The position numbers and the translations under genes were made by a program. Shown in pieces: positions 1-13,304 of a stretch of DNA of 64,000 bases. The stretch lies in the NCBI RefSeq assembly GCF_963921235.1, contig NC_086097.1, forward strand, positions 111,788,001-111,852,000, in the 5' to 3' direction. The first letter of the stretch is position 1; every line of letters starts with the position of its first letter. Origin of the DNA: Mobula hypostoma (Eukaryota). The notes beneath the pieces were generated by a model. That model was not told the DNA's origin, made no database searches, and saw nothing but the letters and a program-made list of their open reading frames with translations.

Positions 1-439
1 ATCCTTTCCTCTTCCAAGTGCATCAGCTCTTCATCTATTAGTTCTTGGTCATGGGATGCCAAAACCTCTTCAACATCATCTTCGTCAGCTTCCACAAGCC
101 AAACTCACTTTGTCCTTGCTTCGTTCACCACGATTGAAACGCTTAATTATGTCTAGTTTTACGCTAAGTGTAACACCCTTACGAGCTCTTTCAGGCTTTT
201 TTGACACTTTAGAACTCATCTTGCAAACAGCTGCTCACAGGCTCGTGTTTAAGCAATGCTGTTCCGAATCCGGGGGAGAGTGGCTGCTCGGGGCATGCGC
301 TGATTTTTTTTATCGCGCGCTGCCTTTCTTCGTAACAGTGAAAACACATTCTGAAAGCGAAAACATGGTACTAATGTAGGTCTTTCGTAACAGTGAGGTT
401 TCGTAAAGTGAACGTTCGAAAAGCAGGGGACACCTGTAC
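1..439. mobile_element. Right end of a pogo/Tigger-like DNA transposon remnant
   Basis: Ends ...gggacacctg followed by ta; subterminal repeats ttcgtaacagtga. The other end is outside the window. Confidence 0.4.
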
Positions 440-574
440 ACCTTTGCCAAAAAACAACTTGTCCCAATCCACATTTGCCTCATCCTTTCTGATACCATCA
501 AAATTGGTCTTCTCCAATTTTGAGTTTCAAATTGTGGACCAGACTTAACTTTTTGTATATTTCCTTTGAAACGA

Positions 575-1731
575 CAGTCGACCCTCCTTATCCGCGAGTT
601 CCGCATGCGGGAATTCAATTAAGTGCGAATCGAGAAAACCCGGAAGTGCTCTTCCAGCATTTGTTGTTCGAGCATGTACAGACTTTTTTTTCTTTTCATT
701 ATTCCCTAAACAATGCAGTAAAACAACTATTTTATGTAGTATTTACATTGTATTAGGTATTACAAGTAATCTAGAGACAATTTGAAGTATACAGGAGGAT
801 ATGCATAGGTTAAACCTGGATTGGGATCGAAAGAAAACCGGAAGTTCTCTTACTAAGTAAGTCGGAACAGGTACATCCGGTATAACAGGTACGTCCGGAC
901 ATGGCTTTAAGGTAAGGGGTGGGAAGTTCAAGGGGGATATTAGAGGAAGGATTTTTACTCGGAGAGTGGTTGGTGCATGGAATGCACTGCCTGAGTCAGT
1001 GGTGGAGGCAGATACACTCGTGAAGTTTAAGAGACTACTAGACAGGTAAATGGAGGAATTTAAGGTGGGGGGTTGTATGGAGGCAGGGTTTGAGGGTCGG
1101 CACAACATTGTGGGCCGAAGGGCCTGTAATGTGCTGTACTATTCTATGTTATTTAGCGTCAGTTAGTCAAACGTTTGTCTTAGTATATAGTATATATTTT
1201 ACCTTTCTATGCATATAAAACACTTAAGAAACGTATGTTTCAGAGCTGGGCCCAGTGACAGACCGCTCCCGAGTGCGCTGTCCATCTATGCTGGGTTGAT
1301 GTGGAGGATCAAAAACCCAAAACCGAATAAATGAACCACTGCGTTGCTTAGTAATAGTTGTAGCTTTCATCAGGGCAAGGCCTTTCTCACTTTATCCTTT
1401 AAAATTGTTCCGATCGTTGACCGACTGTAGCCTAACGCTTTTCCAATGACCGATGGCGTTTCACCTCTTTCTGACCGCTTTATTATTTCCACGTTATTTT
1501 CCATTCGTGATCGTGATTATTTTAGTGAACAGAAACACTGCAGATTCAGAGCTCTGCCGCTGGGTCCTAATGTCCACCGCACTGAGACAAGTTAAATGAG
1601 GTCCTGGATTTCGCTGGGTCCTAAGGTCCACCGCATTGAGCCAGGTTGAATAACGAACTTGAGCATCCGAGTTTTTTGGTATCTGCAAGGGGTCCCAGAA
1701 CCAGACCCTCGCGGATAAAGAGAGCCGACTG
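575..1731. mobile_element. Non-autonomous pogo/Tigger (MER2-like) element with nested CR1 3' fragment (~900-1150)
   Basis: Imperfect terminal inverted repeats cagtcgaccctccttatccgcgag / ctcgcggataaagagagccgactg followed by ta. It interrupts a minus-strand CR1. Confidence 0.7.
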
Positions 1732-3240
1732 TACTGGCATTGTAATCACTATATGCAAAGTATTCACCTACACAAACTTCTGTCACCTGCCCTGTCTCAT
1801 TCGTTAATAGCAGATCAAGTATCACACACACTGTCATTGGGATTTCTACGTACTGATTAAGGAAACTTTCCTGAACACATTTGACAAACTCTATCCCATC
1901 TCGTCCTTGTACAGTATAGGAGACCCAGTCAATATGTGGAAAGTCAAAATCACCTACTGTAATAGCCTGTTGTTTCTTGCAACAGTCTACCATCTCTTTA
2001 CAAATTTGTTCCTTGAAATCCCTCAGACTGTTGTGTGGTCTGTAATATAGCCCCATTAATGTGGCCATACCTTTCTTATTTCTCAGTACCACCCATAATG
2101 CCTCGCTAGATGTTCTCCAGTCTGTCCTGACAGTCACTGCCATGACAATTTCCCTGCCTCGTTATGCCACCCCTCCTCCTTTTATCCCTACAGCTCTGTC
2201 TCATCTAAAATAACGGAACCATGGAATATTGAGCTGCCAGTGCTGTCCCTCCTACAGCTAAGTCTCACTAATGGCTCCAATATTATAATTCCATGTGTTG
2301 ATCCATGCCCTGAGCTCATCTGCCTTTCCTACGATACTTCTTGCATTGAAATATACGCAGCTCAGGGCACTAGTTGCCCCTGCTCAACCCTTTAATTTCT
2401 GACTTTGTCTGAGGTCTTAGGAACATCTGTCTCCTCAACCTCTCCACTAACTGTTCTGGCACTCTGGTTCCTATCCCCCTGCAACTCAAGATTAAGCCCA
2501 TCATTCAGCACCAGCAAACCTTCCTGTTAGGATATTAGTCCCTTTCCAGTTCAGGTGCAAACTGTCTCTTTTGTACAGGTCCAACCTTCCCTGGAAGAGA
2601 GCCCAGTGATCAAAGTATCTTGTGTTCTCCCTCCTACTACACCAACTCCTTAGCCATGTGTTAAACTGTGTAATCTTCCTAATTCTGGCCTCGCTTGTAT
2701 GTAGAAACATAGAAAATAGGTGCAGGAGTAGGCCATTCGGCCCTTTGAGCCTGCACCGCCATTCAGTATGATCATGGCTGATCATCCAACTCAGAACCCT
2801 GTACCAGCCTTCCCTCCATACCCCCTGATCACTTTAGCCACATGTAGCACAATGCTGAGATCATAACTTTGGATGTCCTGCCCTTTAAGTTAGCACCAAA
2901 CTCCCTTTGCAGAAAGATCTGAGATGTCCGGGATGCTGGTACCCAGGAGGCAACATACTATCTGGGGTTCTTGTCCACAAAACTTCCTTTCTGTTCCCCT
3001 ACTAATGAATCCCCTAACACCACAGTTCGCCTGTTCTCTCCCCTTGCTTCTGAATTGCAGACTCAGACTCAGTGCCAGAGACCTGACTTTTCTCTGCTAG
3101 GTCATCCCCCCCGCCTGCAGTATCTAAAGTAATATGCCTGTTGTTGAGGGGGATTGCTACATGGGCACTCTATACAGACTGCTTAACCCCTTTCCCCTTC
3201 ATGACTGTCACCTAGTTTCCTGTGTCGTGCACCTTGGGTG
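1732..3240 (-). mobile_element. Decayed CR1 LINE (AP endonuclease and ORF1 esterase parts)
   Basis: ORF 1592-2143 has YYRP, VGDFDFPHIDW, ILDLLLTNE; ORF 2501-2785 has DLYKRDSLHLNWKGTNIL. Confidence 0.85.
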
Positions 3241-3242
3241 TA

Positions 3243-4110
3243 AATGTTCTGCACCATTCGTAACTCCTCAGATAGTGAAGCAGTTCGTACCCAAATGCAG
3301 CAGGACTGGGACAATATCCAGGCTTGGGCTGACAAGTGGCAAGTAACATTCGAGCCACTCAAGTGCCAGGCAATGACCATCTCCAACAAGAGAGGCTCTA
3401 ACCATCGTCTCTTGACAGTCAGTGGCATCACCATCACTGAATCCCCTACTATTAACATCCTGGGGGTTACCATTGACAGGAAACTGAACTGGTCTAGCCA
3501 TATAAACACCGTGGTTACCAGAGCTGGTCAAAAGCTAGAAATCCTGCGGCATTTAACTCACCTCCTGACTCCCCAAATCCTGTCCACCATCTACAAGGCT
3601 CAGGTCAGAGTGTAATGGAATACTCACCACTCACCTGGATGAGTACAGCTCCATCAACACTCAAGAAGCTTGACGCCATCCAGTACAAGGCAGCCCACTT
3701 GATTGTATTCCCTTCTACAAGCATCCAATCCCTTCACCGTCGATGAACAGTTGCAGCAGTATGTGCTATCTACACGATGCACTGCAACAATACATCAAAC
3801 CACCTTCCAGACCCACGACCACTACCATCTAGAAGGACAAGAACAGCAGCTACCTGGGAACACCACCACTTGGAAATCCCCCTCCAAGTCACTTACCATC
3901 CTGACTTGGGACCATGTCGCTGCTCCTTCATTGTCGCTGGGTCAAGATCATGGAATTCCCTCCCTAAGAACACTGAGTGTATCTACACCTCAGGGACTGC
4001 AACGGTTCAAGAAGGCAGCTCATCACCACCATCTCAAGGGCAACGAAGGATGGACAATAAATGCTGGCTTAGCTGGCGATGCCCACATCCTGTAAATGAA
4101 TAAATTTTAA
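3243..4110 (+). mobile_element. 3' fragment of a CR1/L2-clade LINE (RT C-terminus) nested in the CR1
   Basis: DNIQAWADKWQVTF, ILGVTIDRKLNWSSHI, IYKAQVR; ends in an A-rich aatgaataaa tail. Confidence 0.8.
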
Positions 4111-7100
4111 AATCCTATCTCTCTATATGTCCTATTACAACCTTAGCCTCCCAAATGATCCCGAGTTCATCCAGTTCCATCTCTAACTCCTTAACGTGGA
4201 GTGTTAGAAACTTGCAGTTGTTGTCGCCGGGGATACTGGAGGTCTCCTGGACTTGTCACATTCTGCAAGAGGAGCATTTCACTTTCCTGCTTGGCATCTC
4301 TACTGTTCTAACTGAGCAAATGTAAAGGGGTGGGGGTTGGGGGAATCTACCTACAGCTTTTGTCTGCTTTCCCTGACTGAAGTCTCGAAGAGCTAAAGCC
4401 TCAAACTCTCCACTCTTAACTCTGACCACTACAACAATGGCTGCTTCGCCTTCCCCTGCCTTCCTTTAATTTGTTCTTGCTAATCAATCCCAAATGCTGA
4501 TTGACCGCTGCTCAAAGCTCCAGGTTTGCTGTGAGTAACTACCTTTTCCACTCGATCAGCGAACTTGAATGAACTATGTTTTCTCAGGCTTCTGCTCTCT
4601 CCGATTGCATGTTGCCTCAGGATATCGCTTCTTTTCTCCGAACTAACTAGTCTCCATGTCCTTCTCCATGTTAAATGCAGATAAGAAGTATCATCTTTTT
4701 CGATTCACTTTTATGTTTATCTTGTGTCCTCTTTTTAAGATTCTGATTTCCACTTTACGTGTACTTCTACATCCTTCATGCTTCCTCCAGAGATTTGCCT
4801 TAGATGACATACAGTTTGCTTCCTTTTTCCTGACTAGAACCTCAATATCTCTTGTCAGCCAGGGTTCCCTAATATTACCAGCCTTGCCCTTAACTGTAAC
4901 AGGAACATGTTGCATCCATTGTCAAAGGCCATGCCCTATTCTCGCTACTACCATTGGGTAGGAGGTACAGAATCTTTAGGTCCCACACCCAGCAGGTTTG
5001 GGAACAGTTATTCTACAAACATCTGGCTCCTGAACTAATGCGGATACCTTCATTCGTGACTGCTCTGAACCTATTCTATGATCTACAGATTCATTTTCAA
5101 GGACTCTTTCATGTTCTCAGTGATAGTTTTATTTGCAGTTTGTTTTTTGCACATTCGTATTTGTCAGTCTTTGTTTATGTATAGTTTTTTGTTAAATTAT
5201 ATTGTTTGTTTCTTGAAAATGCCTGCAAGAAAATGAATCTCCATGCTGTATATGTAAACTTATATGTACTTTGATAATAAATATACTTTGAATTTTTCTT
5301 ACCTCACTTTTTAAATCCTGCCACTTGCCAGACATCTCTTTACAAGCTAATAGCCTCTCCCAATCAACATTCGGAAATTCCTTTCAAATGTCATGAAAAT
5401 TAGCCTCCCAATTTAGGACTTCACCTAGCAGATCATTTCCATCTTTCCTATAAATAGTATTAAGCTAATAACTATGGTTGCTGGTCTCAAAGTGCTCCTG
5501 CACTGACACATCAGCCACTTGCCCAGCCTCATTTCCTAAGAGGAGGTAAAGGGTAGTCCCGTCTGTAATAGGGCCACCTACATATTGCTTAAGAAAACTT
5601 TCCTGCCTCGTCTAACTCCTAGTACAATGCCAGTCCCAGTCACCTACCATTATAATCTTGCAGCTTGTTGCAATTTCCTTACATATTAGCTCCTCTGATT
5701 TCTTCTGACAATTGGGAGGGGAGGCAGTCTGTAGTATAATCCCAACAGAGTGATCACCCCTTTAATTCTAAGTTCTATACTTATCCCTTTCTATGTTTCC
5801 CCTTGGAATATCCTCTCCAAGTACTGCTGTGATGTTCACTCATCGATTTTGCGTTTCCTCGACCTCTCTTGCCTCCACCTCTGTCGCACAGGAAGCATTG
5901 GTAATTGAAGATTGATTTGCCACTCCTGCCCATCCCTCAACCAGTTTGACTGGTGTAGGATTGCAGAGGTGGATTTCCCAGCATTTCCAGTGCATCTGTC
6001 ATTTGGAACACTATGGACATGTATGTGTACTGTAATTTTCTTTCTTTTTGTATAGTCAGAGAACCTTTGGCCTTTATGAGTCTATATTGGCTTTCAGATC
6101 AATCCCTTTATTCCCACTTATTACTCCTAATTTATTTGCTTGCCCATACCTGCCCTGGTGGATTCAACTCCTGGTCAGCTACATGATGGGTTATTTACAG
6201 TTAAACTACAAGCGCATCTTTCAAATGTGGGGAAGCCAGAGCAAACCACATTGATAGCACTTGAACCTGGATTGCTGGAGTTATTAGACAGCTGGACGTC
6301 CTTTAGCCCCACCATATCACCCCCCCCACACCCCCACCAATCAAGTAGGGGTAGTGTAAGTCCAGTAAGTTTATTTTTGGTTTGCTTCATAATCGTCCAT
6401 GTCTGCCAACTCGATTCAACACATGGCTGAATCCCGGCTTTTGTAAATGCAGGAAATCTAAATTTTTATCTGAAGCTATTGAACAATCGAAGCAACATTA
6501 AACAAACTTTTAACATTATTAGTCTAGATCATGCTTTGTAATTTTTCTAAATGTAGAGCAATTTTATTTAAATTTTTCTGAGTGAGTACTTTCCTCAGTA
6601 TGGTAAAATCCAGATGGACTGGCAGTAGATAACATGCAGTTCATAACGATATTGATAGAATTACATCAGTTATTTGCCTTCTATCCTCCGATAAGGAAAG
6701 ACGATTCTAGCTCTACACATGGATATACTCAGTTGAAAGTTGCACTGTTGCTAAAAGCAGTTGATATGGAGTACATCAAATTTATGATATTACATTGACT
6801 TGTCTTTTGGGAATTATAAATCAGCAAATCTGCATGGGAATTCAGCATATGAGCAGTTTCTGAAATATACATGGTCTGCTTGAAATCCTTTTTTTAGAGG
6901 GAAAGGATGAGGGCACTTTCTTCTTTTAAGCAAATGCATGAGTAGACGATTATCACTTTTTAAATAAAATAATGCCTTAGTGATGCTTGCATTCTGTGTC
7001 ACTCATGAGATTAATGATTGATTGTTGTATCCAACAATGACAGGAAACTGTATAGGAGTGTTTTTAAAGTGGAAAAGCTGGGGCAGTTCCACTCTCTCTA

Positions 7101-7111
7101 CCTCAGAAGTC

Positions 7112-7249
7112 ACAACATGCTGTCAGGACGAAGGGTTCCGGCCCAAAACGTCGACCGATCTTTTCCACTGATGCTGCCCGACCTGCTGAGTTCCTCCAGC
7201 GTGTTGTGAGTGCTGCTTTGACCCCAGCATCTGCAGATTATTTTGTGTT
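7112..7249 (+). mobile_element. Short Penelope-like element 3' end with degraded hammerhead motif
   Basis: gacgaagggttccggcccaaaacgtcgac plus terminal tail; 13-bp direct repeat tacctcagaagtc at 7099-7111 and 7250-7262. Confidence 0.75.
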
Positions 7250-8519
7250 TACCTCAGAAGTCTAGGTCCAGTGGTATGAGTAGTTGTCACAACTAGGTCC
7301 CCTTGGTTGCAATGGATGACTATGATTTCTCTGCCTTGTCATACTCTTTGCTCGCGACGAAGCATTGTGAAACCTGCCTTTCTGGCTATTGGATCTCACT
7401 GTACATCTCATCCACCCAGTCTGCTGGAGCTGACTTTGCGTGCTTGGACAGGCATGTCCCTATCTCACCAGGTATGAGGTCCCTGACTACCCTCACCTGG
7501 TTTAGCCCATCTGTTGAAGCAGTGTTGTGGCCGCTGTTGCGTGCAAACAGCTACTTGGAGTCATAGGTGAGAGATGAGTGGGACCAAAGGTGAGTGAGCA
7601 ACCTTGGAATAGACATGACGAGCTAATTTACCAGAGGTGCTATCCCTCCCTGGACACCCCATAACACTCCTATACACTACCTAATACCCAACGTGGATAT
7701 AAGGTGATGCTTGTGATGGATACACTTTAAGATTTATTTCCTGTACATGTGCAGTGCCTCAGTTACTGGTTTTCCTTAGTCTTGTGTGTCTACTTTGTAA
7801 CACTTGCAAACTATATATCCCAAAAACAAGTATTCAGTAGTTTGTTCAATGAGTTCATGTTCCAGATGGGAGTGTGTTCCAAACATTGCTATTGTCTTTG
7901 CAGTGACCTTCTCAGTCGTTATGATAATGAGATTATAATACAGCTGCAGTTCTATTTTTGTTTGCATTTTGCTTGAGGCAAAAATTCTTATTGCATCTTA
8001 TATGATGTTTTCATTTCTGGTGTGTATTGTACCTTTTGTTAGTTTGAGTGAATAGATCTTTTGAAATTTCTTGATGCTTTTCTTTAAATATTATTACTTT
8101 TGTGTTATGTTACTTTTATCGGGAGTTACCAGTTCTGTCAAAACGAGGTTATTTCAACCAATTGCCCTTTTATGTTTCTTCCTTTCCGTGCAGTATTTTG
8201 TTAAACTCAAAACAGCATTTGTGCAGTTCATGAATTCAATAAAAATAAATGTGGATGGTATCTTAACTAGTAAGAATCACAGTGGTTCTTCCCTGTGTTA
8301 AATGTAGTTAAGAGACTTTTGCTATTCCTCATTCTTTGCAAAATATTTCATTTCAATTTATCTGGGAAATACTATTCTCTCTTGGATTGTGATTCATCAG
8401 CAAATTAAATGGACATTTCTTTTTGAACTGTGGAAAATTTATTTCTTTCACTAAAAGCAAACAAAATCTACATGTCACAGTTTGAGCTTAAATTTATTAA
8501 ATATTTTATTTCATTTTAG

Positions 8520-8582
8520 GAAGCACTGTTCTGGGAGAAAAGCATGGTTTGGCAAATACGCAAGTTTCCGATATCTCCACTG
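8520..8582 (+). CDS. LRP12: LRP12 exon 2 (63 bp, phase 1-1; segment between signal peptide and CUB1)
   Basis: Acceptor tcattttag|GA and donor TG|gtatgt. Translates (G)STVLGEKHGLANTQVSDIST(A), resembling the recalled human exon 2 peptide GNGALAEHSENVHISGVSTA, and splices in frame to 35141. Confidence 0.8.
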
Positions 8583-8952
8583 GTATGTTTGCATTCATTC
8601 TAATAAGATGATTTTACTTGGGTGGTGGGGAAAAGGTGTAATTTGGTACGATGGTTTTCTAATTTGCTCTTGTGGTTGAAGGACATTATTCAGACCTATT
8701 TCAAAGTAACATCTTTATATTGGGTATAATGAAAACCAAATAAGAGGTGAAAGAAAATTGAGTTAATGTAGAACGTTGTATTTGGATATTATTTTTGGAA
8801 TTGGATTGAATTAAAGGTAATTGTAATATATTTTATTTTAATTGTTATAATAGTTTAATTGATTAATGTGTAATTGATACAAATATGGTGGTCAATTAGC
8901 GTAATATTCCAAACCCCTGGTTCTGTTCAAAAATGAAAATGCATTGCGTTTA

Positions 8953-9774
8953 CAACACACACAAAAAATGCTGGTGGAACGCAGCAGGCCAGGCAGCATC
9001 TATAGGAAGAGGTACAGTCAACATTTTGGGCCGAGACCCTTCGTCAGGACTAACTGAAAGAAGAGATAGTAAGAGATTTGAAAGTGGGAGATCCGAAATG
9101 ATAGGAGAAGACAGGAGGGGGAGGGATAGAGCTTAGAGCTGGAAAGTTGATTGGCAAAACAGATACAAGGCTGGAGAAGGGAGAGGATCATGGGATGGGA
9201 GGCCTAGAGAGAAAGAAAGGGTGAGGGGAGCCCACCATAGTGAGAGGGACAGAGGGAGAAAAAAGAGAGAGAGAGAAAAAAAGGGGGGGAAATTAATAAA
9301 TAAGGGATGGGGTACGAAGGGGAGGTGGGGCATTAATGGAAGTTAGAGAAGCCAATGTTCATGCCATCAGGTTGGAGGCTACCCAGACGGAATATAAGGT
9401 GTTGTTCCTCCAACCTGAGTGTGGCTTCATCTTGGCAGTATAGGAGGCCGTGGATAGACATATCAGAATGGGAATGGGACGTGGAATTAAAACGTGTGGC
9501 CACTGGGAGATTCCCCCTCCCCCTCCTGAATGAAAGTGAACATCAAGTGCTATCAACCCCATCTTCTAGAACTTATTGTAGCCTTCCCCCTCCCCCTCCC
9601 CCTCCCACTTTCAAATCTCTTACTATCTCTTCTTTCAGTTAGTCCTGATGAAGAGTCTCAGCCTGAAACCTCGACTGTACTTCTTCCTATAGATGCTGCC
9701 TGGCCTGCTGCGTTCACCAGCATCCTTTGTGTGTGTTGCTTGAATTTCCAGCATCCGCAGATTTCCTCGTGTTT
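8953..9774 (-). mobile_element. 5'-truncated Penelope-like element with GIY-YIG C-terminus and inverted terminal segment
   Basis: Minus strand 9509-9333 reads LPVATRFNSTSHSHSDMSIHGLLYCQDEATLRLEEQHLIFRLGSLQPDGMNIGFSNFH*. 8953-9090 is inverted at ~9601-9738, each arm with a CTGA(C/T)GA hammerhead-like motif. Confidence 0.85.
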
Positions 9775-9810
9775 GGTCTCTACAAGTTCATTTGTTTAAA
9801 TACCCTACAT

Positions 9811-10994
9811 CAGGGGTCCCCAACCTTTTCTGCGTTGCGGACCGGTTTAATATTGACAATATTCTTGCGGACTGGCCGACCCGGGGTGGGAGGGAGGGGT
9901 AGGGTTGCCAACGGAGAAAAGTAGCAGTCAAATACGTTGTTTATCCAGATTGAGACTACAATGACCATGAAGCCTTGCGCGGGCACCAGCGCACATGCGT
10001 GACTTGCGCATGTACCTCCCTATGAATCGTTTTTGGCGATTCTGTTGGGGGGGGGCGGGGCGGAGTGTTAATCACGACCGGAATACAGGTGATTAAGTAG
10101 CTAATACACTCAATTTAGTTTCTAAAACGGTTTATCTAACGAATTTAATATTAAACACACAGCGCATATTTTCCTCGCATGAATATAGTGATAAGTCAAT
10201 TATCAGGAGAACTTGAAGTAAGTGTTGAATTAAATTCCAGTAGAAGTGGTAGAGGCAGGTTCGATATTATCATTTAAAGAAAAATTGGATAGGTATGTGG
10301 ACAGGAAAGGAATGGAGGGTTATGGGCTGAGTGCAGGTCGGTGGGACTAGGTGAGAGTTGCGTTCGGCATGGACTAGAAGGGGCGAGATCGCCTGTTTTC
10401 GTGCTGTAATTGTTATATGGTTATATAAGTCTGTCAATAGCATCATAGTATTTAAGTAACGTTTGGATATTAAACACACAGCACATATTTTCCCTGTATG
10501 AACATATAAAATCATTGCAACACACCAATATCGCTGCATCAGTGGAAGACCTGGGCTTGTTTCCCTGCAACAACATGGTCCTATCGAGGGGTGATGGGAG
10601 ACAGCGATACTCGAAGGGGGTTCCTTATGTCCAGTCTATTCTGCAATTTAATTTTCATTGCATTCATTGCAGAGATATGTTGGAAATGGAAGAAACGTTT
10701 TCAGTGCTTTCGTGGCTATCTCAGGATATTCAGCCTTGACTTTGATCCAGAATGTCGGCAGAGATGTTATGTCAAACATACTTTTAAGCCCGCCGTCATT
10801 TGCAAGCTGGAGGAGTTGATTTCCTTCCCGCGTGGACATGGATATGCGCGGGTAATGAACTCACGTGTGTTCAAGCTCAACAGTGGGCGTGACAGGGAAT
10901 GAGGAAAGGTGCAGCTGACTCATATCGCCAAATCATATCGTTTCCTCGCGGCCCGGTAGCACATGCTCTGTGGCCCGGTGGTTGGGGACCGCTG
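9811..10994 (-). mobile_element. hAT (Charlie/Buster-like) internally deleted DNA transposon with nested CR1 3' fragment
   Basis: TIRs caggggtccccaacc / ggttggggaccgctg; 8-bp TSD ccctacat (9803-9810, 10995-11002); transposase C-terminal remnant FWIKVKAEYPEIATKALKTFLPFPTYLC. Confidence 0.9.
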
Positions 10995-12106
10995 CCCTAC
11001 ATGCATTGTTGAAATTAATGCATACAAGGAGAAACCTAAAATAGATTCATATTGTAGAGCTGCTATTTGTTTGATTGTTGTGACATTGAGGCATTTTGTG
11101 TTAGTAAATTCATTCAAATATGCTTAACTGGACATACAACTTTTCCCCCAATGCGTGGGAGGATAACTAAGAAGGATTTTCAGTATGATGCCTTGTCAGT
11201 TCTGTATATTAAAGTAACTAAATAGTACAACTTGAAATTCACAGTACAGTAAAACTCTGGCAGTCTAGCAATTGGAAATCCATAATGTTCGGCATCAGGA
11301 TTATGAGGGGGGGCGGATGTGTGCAGTCATAGCCTGGGATCTGGAATGCTTGTAAATTTCCTGCTCCTGTGTATCTCACGTGAAAATTTACTTGACTACA
11401 ATGTAACTTTTAACAAGTGAAATAAATATTTTTGGCTATCTGATATTGAATACCCAGCAGACTGAAAATCTGAGAGAGTATCAGTAATAAAATTCCAAGG
11501 GTGCCAGATTATCAGAGCTTAACTGCACGTGCGCCACTCGGTGAACTTACTCTTTCTTTTAATCTAATTTACATTACATTACATTTATTGACACAATAAT
11601 TAAAAGTTGAATGCCAGTTCCACAATATGCTTTTTACTGTAGCAGTAATTGTAAAACTTTAATCCCTGAAAGTCTCTTGTCGCCTTCATGATAGGATCAT
11701 CCAGCACTGTTTGGTTTAAAAAAGCATTTGAGAATGAAATTTTTTTGTGAGAACTTGCATAATTAAAATTTGAAAGTAAATACATCAGATTTAATTTGGG
11801 AATCTGTCTACTATTAGCCACATGAATACAGAAGACATAATATTATAAACTGGTATCGCTCATATAATTTGACCTGGAATTGCTTCCAGGATATCTTGCA
11901 GTCCTGCTCTATATGGGTCTGTAGCTCAGTTTGCACCTTGCCTGCTTAAGACTCACTAGAGCCCAGAAGGAGAGGGATGAATGTATGGAAAAAGAAATGT
12001 TTGTACTATTCCTTCAATCTTCTCCTTGTTGAATCTGGTGATTGTCCAGAAAGTTCTTCAAAAGTCAAGAATGAAGGGCAAATGTTATGGTTACAATAAT
12101 TTCATT

Positions 12107-12392
12107 TGGGGCAGCACAGTAGCATAGAGTTAGCACGACGCTTTATAGTACGGGCGACCTGGGTACATTTCCTGCTGCTGCCTTCAAGGAGTTTGTACGT
12201 TCTCCCCATGACCACACAGGTTTCATCCCACAGTCCAAAGATGTGGAAGTTTAATTGGTAGGTTAATTGGTCATTGTAAATTGTTCTGTGATTAGGCAAG
12301 GATTAAATGGGGGATCGCTGGGCAGCGTGGCTCGAAGGGCAGGAAGAGCCTATTCCATGCTGTATCCCAGTAAGTAAATAAATTAATTAATA
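12107..12392 (+). mobile_element. tRNA-derived SINE (V-SINE/HE1-like), decayed
   Basis: tRNA-like head followed by ggagtttgtacgttctcccc...tcccacagtccaaagatgtg core and an A-rich tail. Confidence 0.6.
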
Positions 12393-13304
12393 AAGTTGTT
12401 CATTATAGTGCAGGTCAGATAGTCAGCCTGTTCTAGCCAGCTAAGTAACAAAACAGCGGAGAGAAAAGACTAGTATAGAGGGAGAGGGAATGCAACAACA
12501 AAAAGCTGCGGGCTGTGTTTTCCCTCTTTGTACTGTAAAGTAGTTCAAACCAGATAGAAAGGTGATGATAAGAATGGTCTACGAACAAGAACAGTCTTGA
12601 TTTATGCTGCCATGGTATCTCAGGCTCACAGACAAAGAAACCGCATACAGAATCAACTATACTACAGATTACTGAAAATTTACAGACAAGTTTTATAATA
12701 AAACCTGCAACCAAACTACAACAATAACAATTTAACAGCAATTTAGACCTAAATCCAGCAGCCTCGCCTCCCCACTTTGATTCTGAATACAACAATTTGA
12801 ATCATGACACTTGAAAATTTAGAGGCAGTAAAACTTGTGATATCAGCATTGAATATAGAATTTAATCAACTGTGAGTTATAAAAACATAAGGGTTCTTGT
12901 ACTGTCATGTGATAATTGGGTGAATTGTCCTTATGAGTTCAAACTTGCATGAGTTTGGACAGCTCATTTGATTATGGTCCTTATACAAGTAATTAAGATG
13001 TAAAATACAATAAGGCAAACTGGAGGAAATATTCTAACTTGTAGTGTTAAATAACCCCAGCTCCTAAGGGCTGATCTGATACAGTTAGAGAAATCCCATC
13101 TATCAGATTGGTGTATCTTGACTATACACACAATGCTGGAGGAACTCAGCAAGTCAGGCAGTATCCATGAAGGGAATAAGCAGACGTGGTTTTGGGAAGA
13201 GGGAACACCTTGTGTTGCCCTGGGAATTTACCCACTCTAATTTGCCTCAAGACTGCAAACACCTGTAATATGTATAGAGTCCATGAATTTGAAGCCGTTT
13301 TGCT

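Noticed and set aside
1553..1652. Two ~55-bp direct repeats (gctgggtcctaa.gtccaccgca.tgag)
   Set aside because: Internal repeat of the Tigger-like element with only two units; not an array.
1..8500. LRP12 exon 1 or promoter
   Set aside because: No CpG island or signal-peptide exon was found; CpG-rich patches here belong to transposons.
12107..12180. Possible tRNA gene
   Set aside because: Degenerate head continuous with a SINE core and tail; no convincing cloverleaf.
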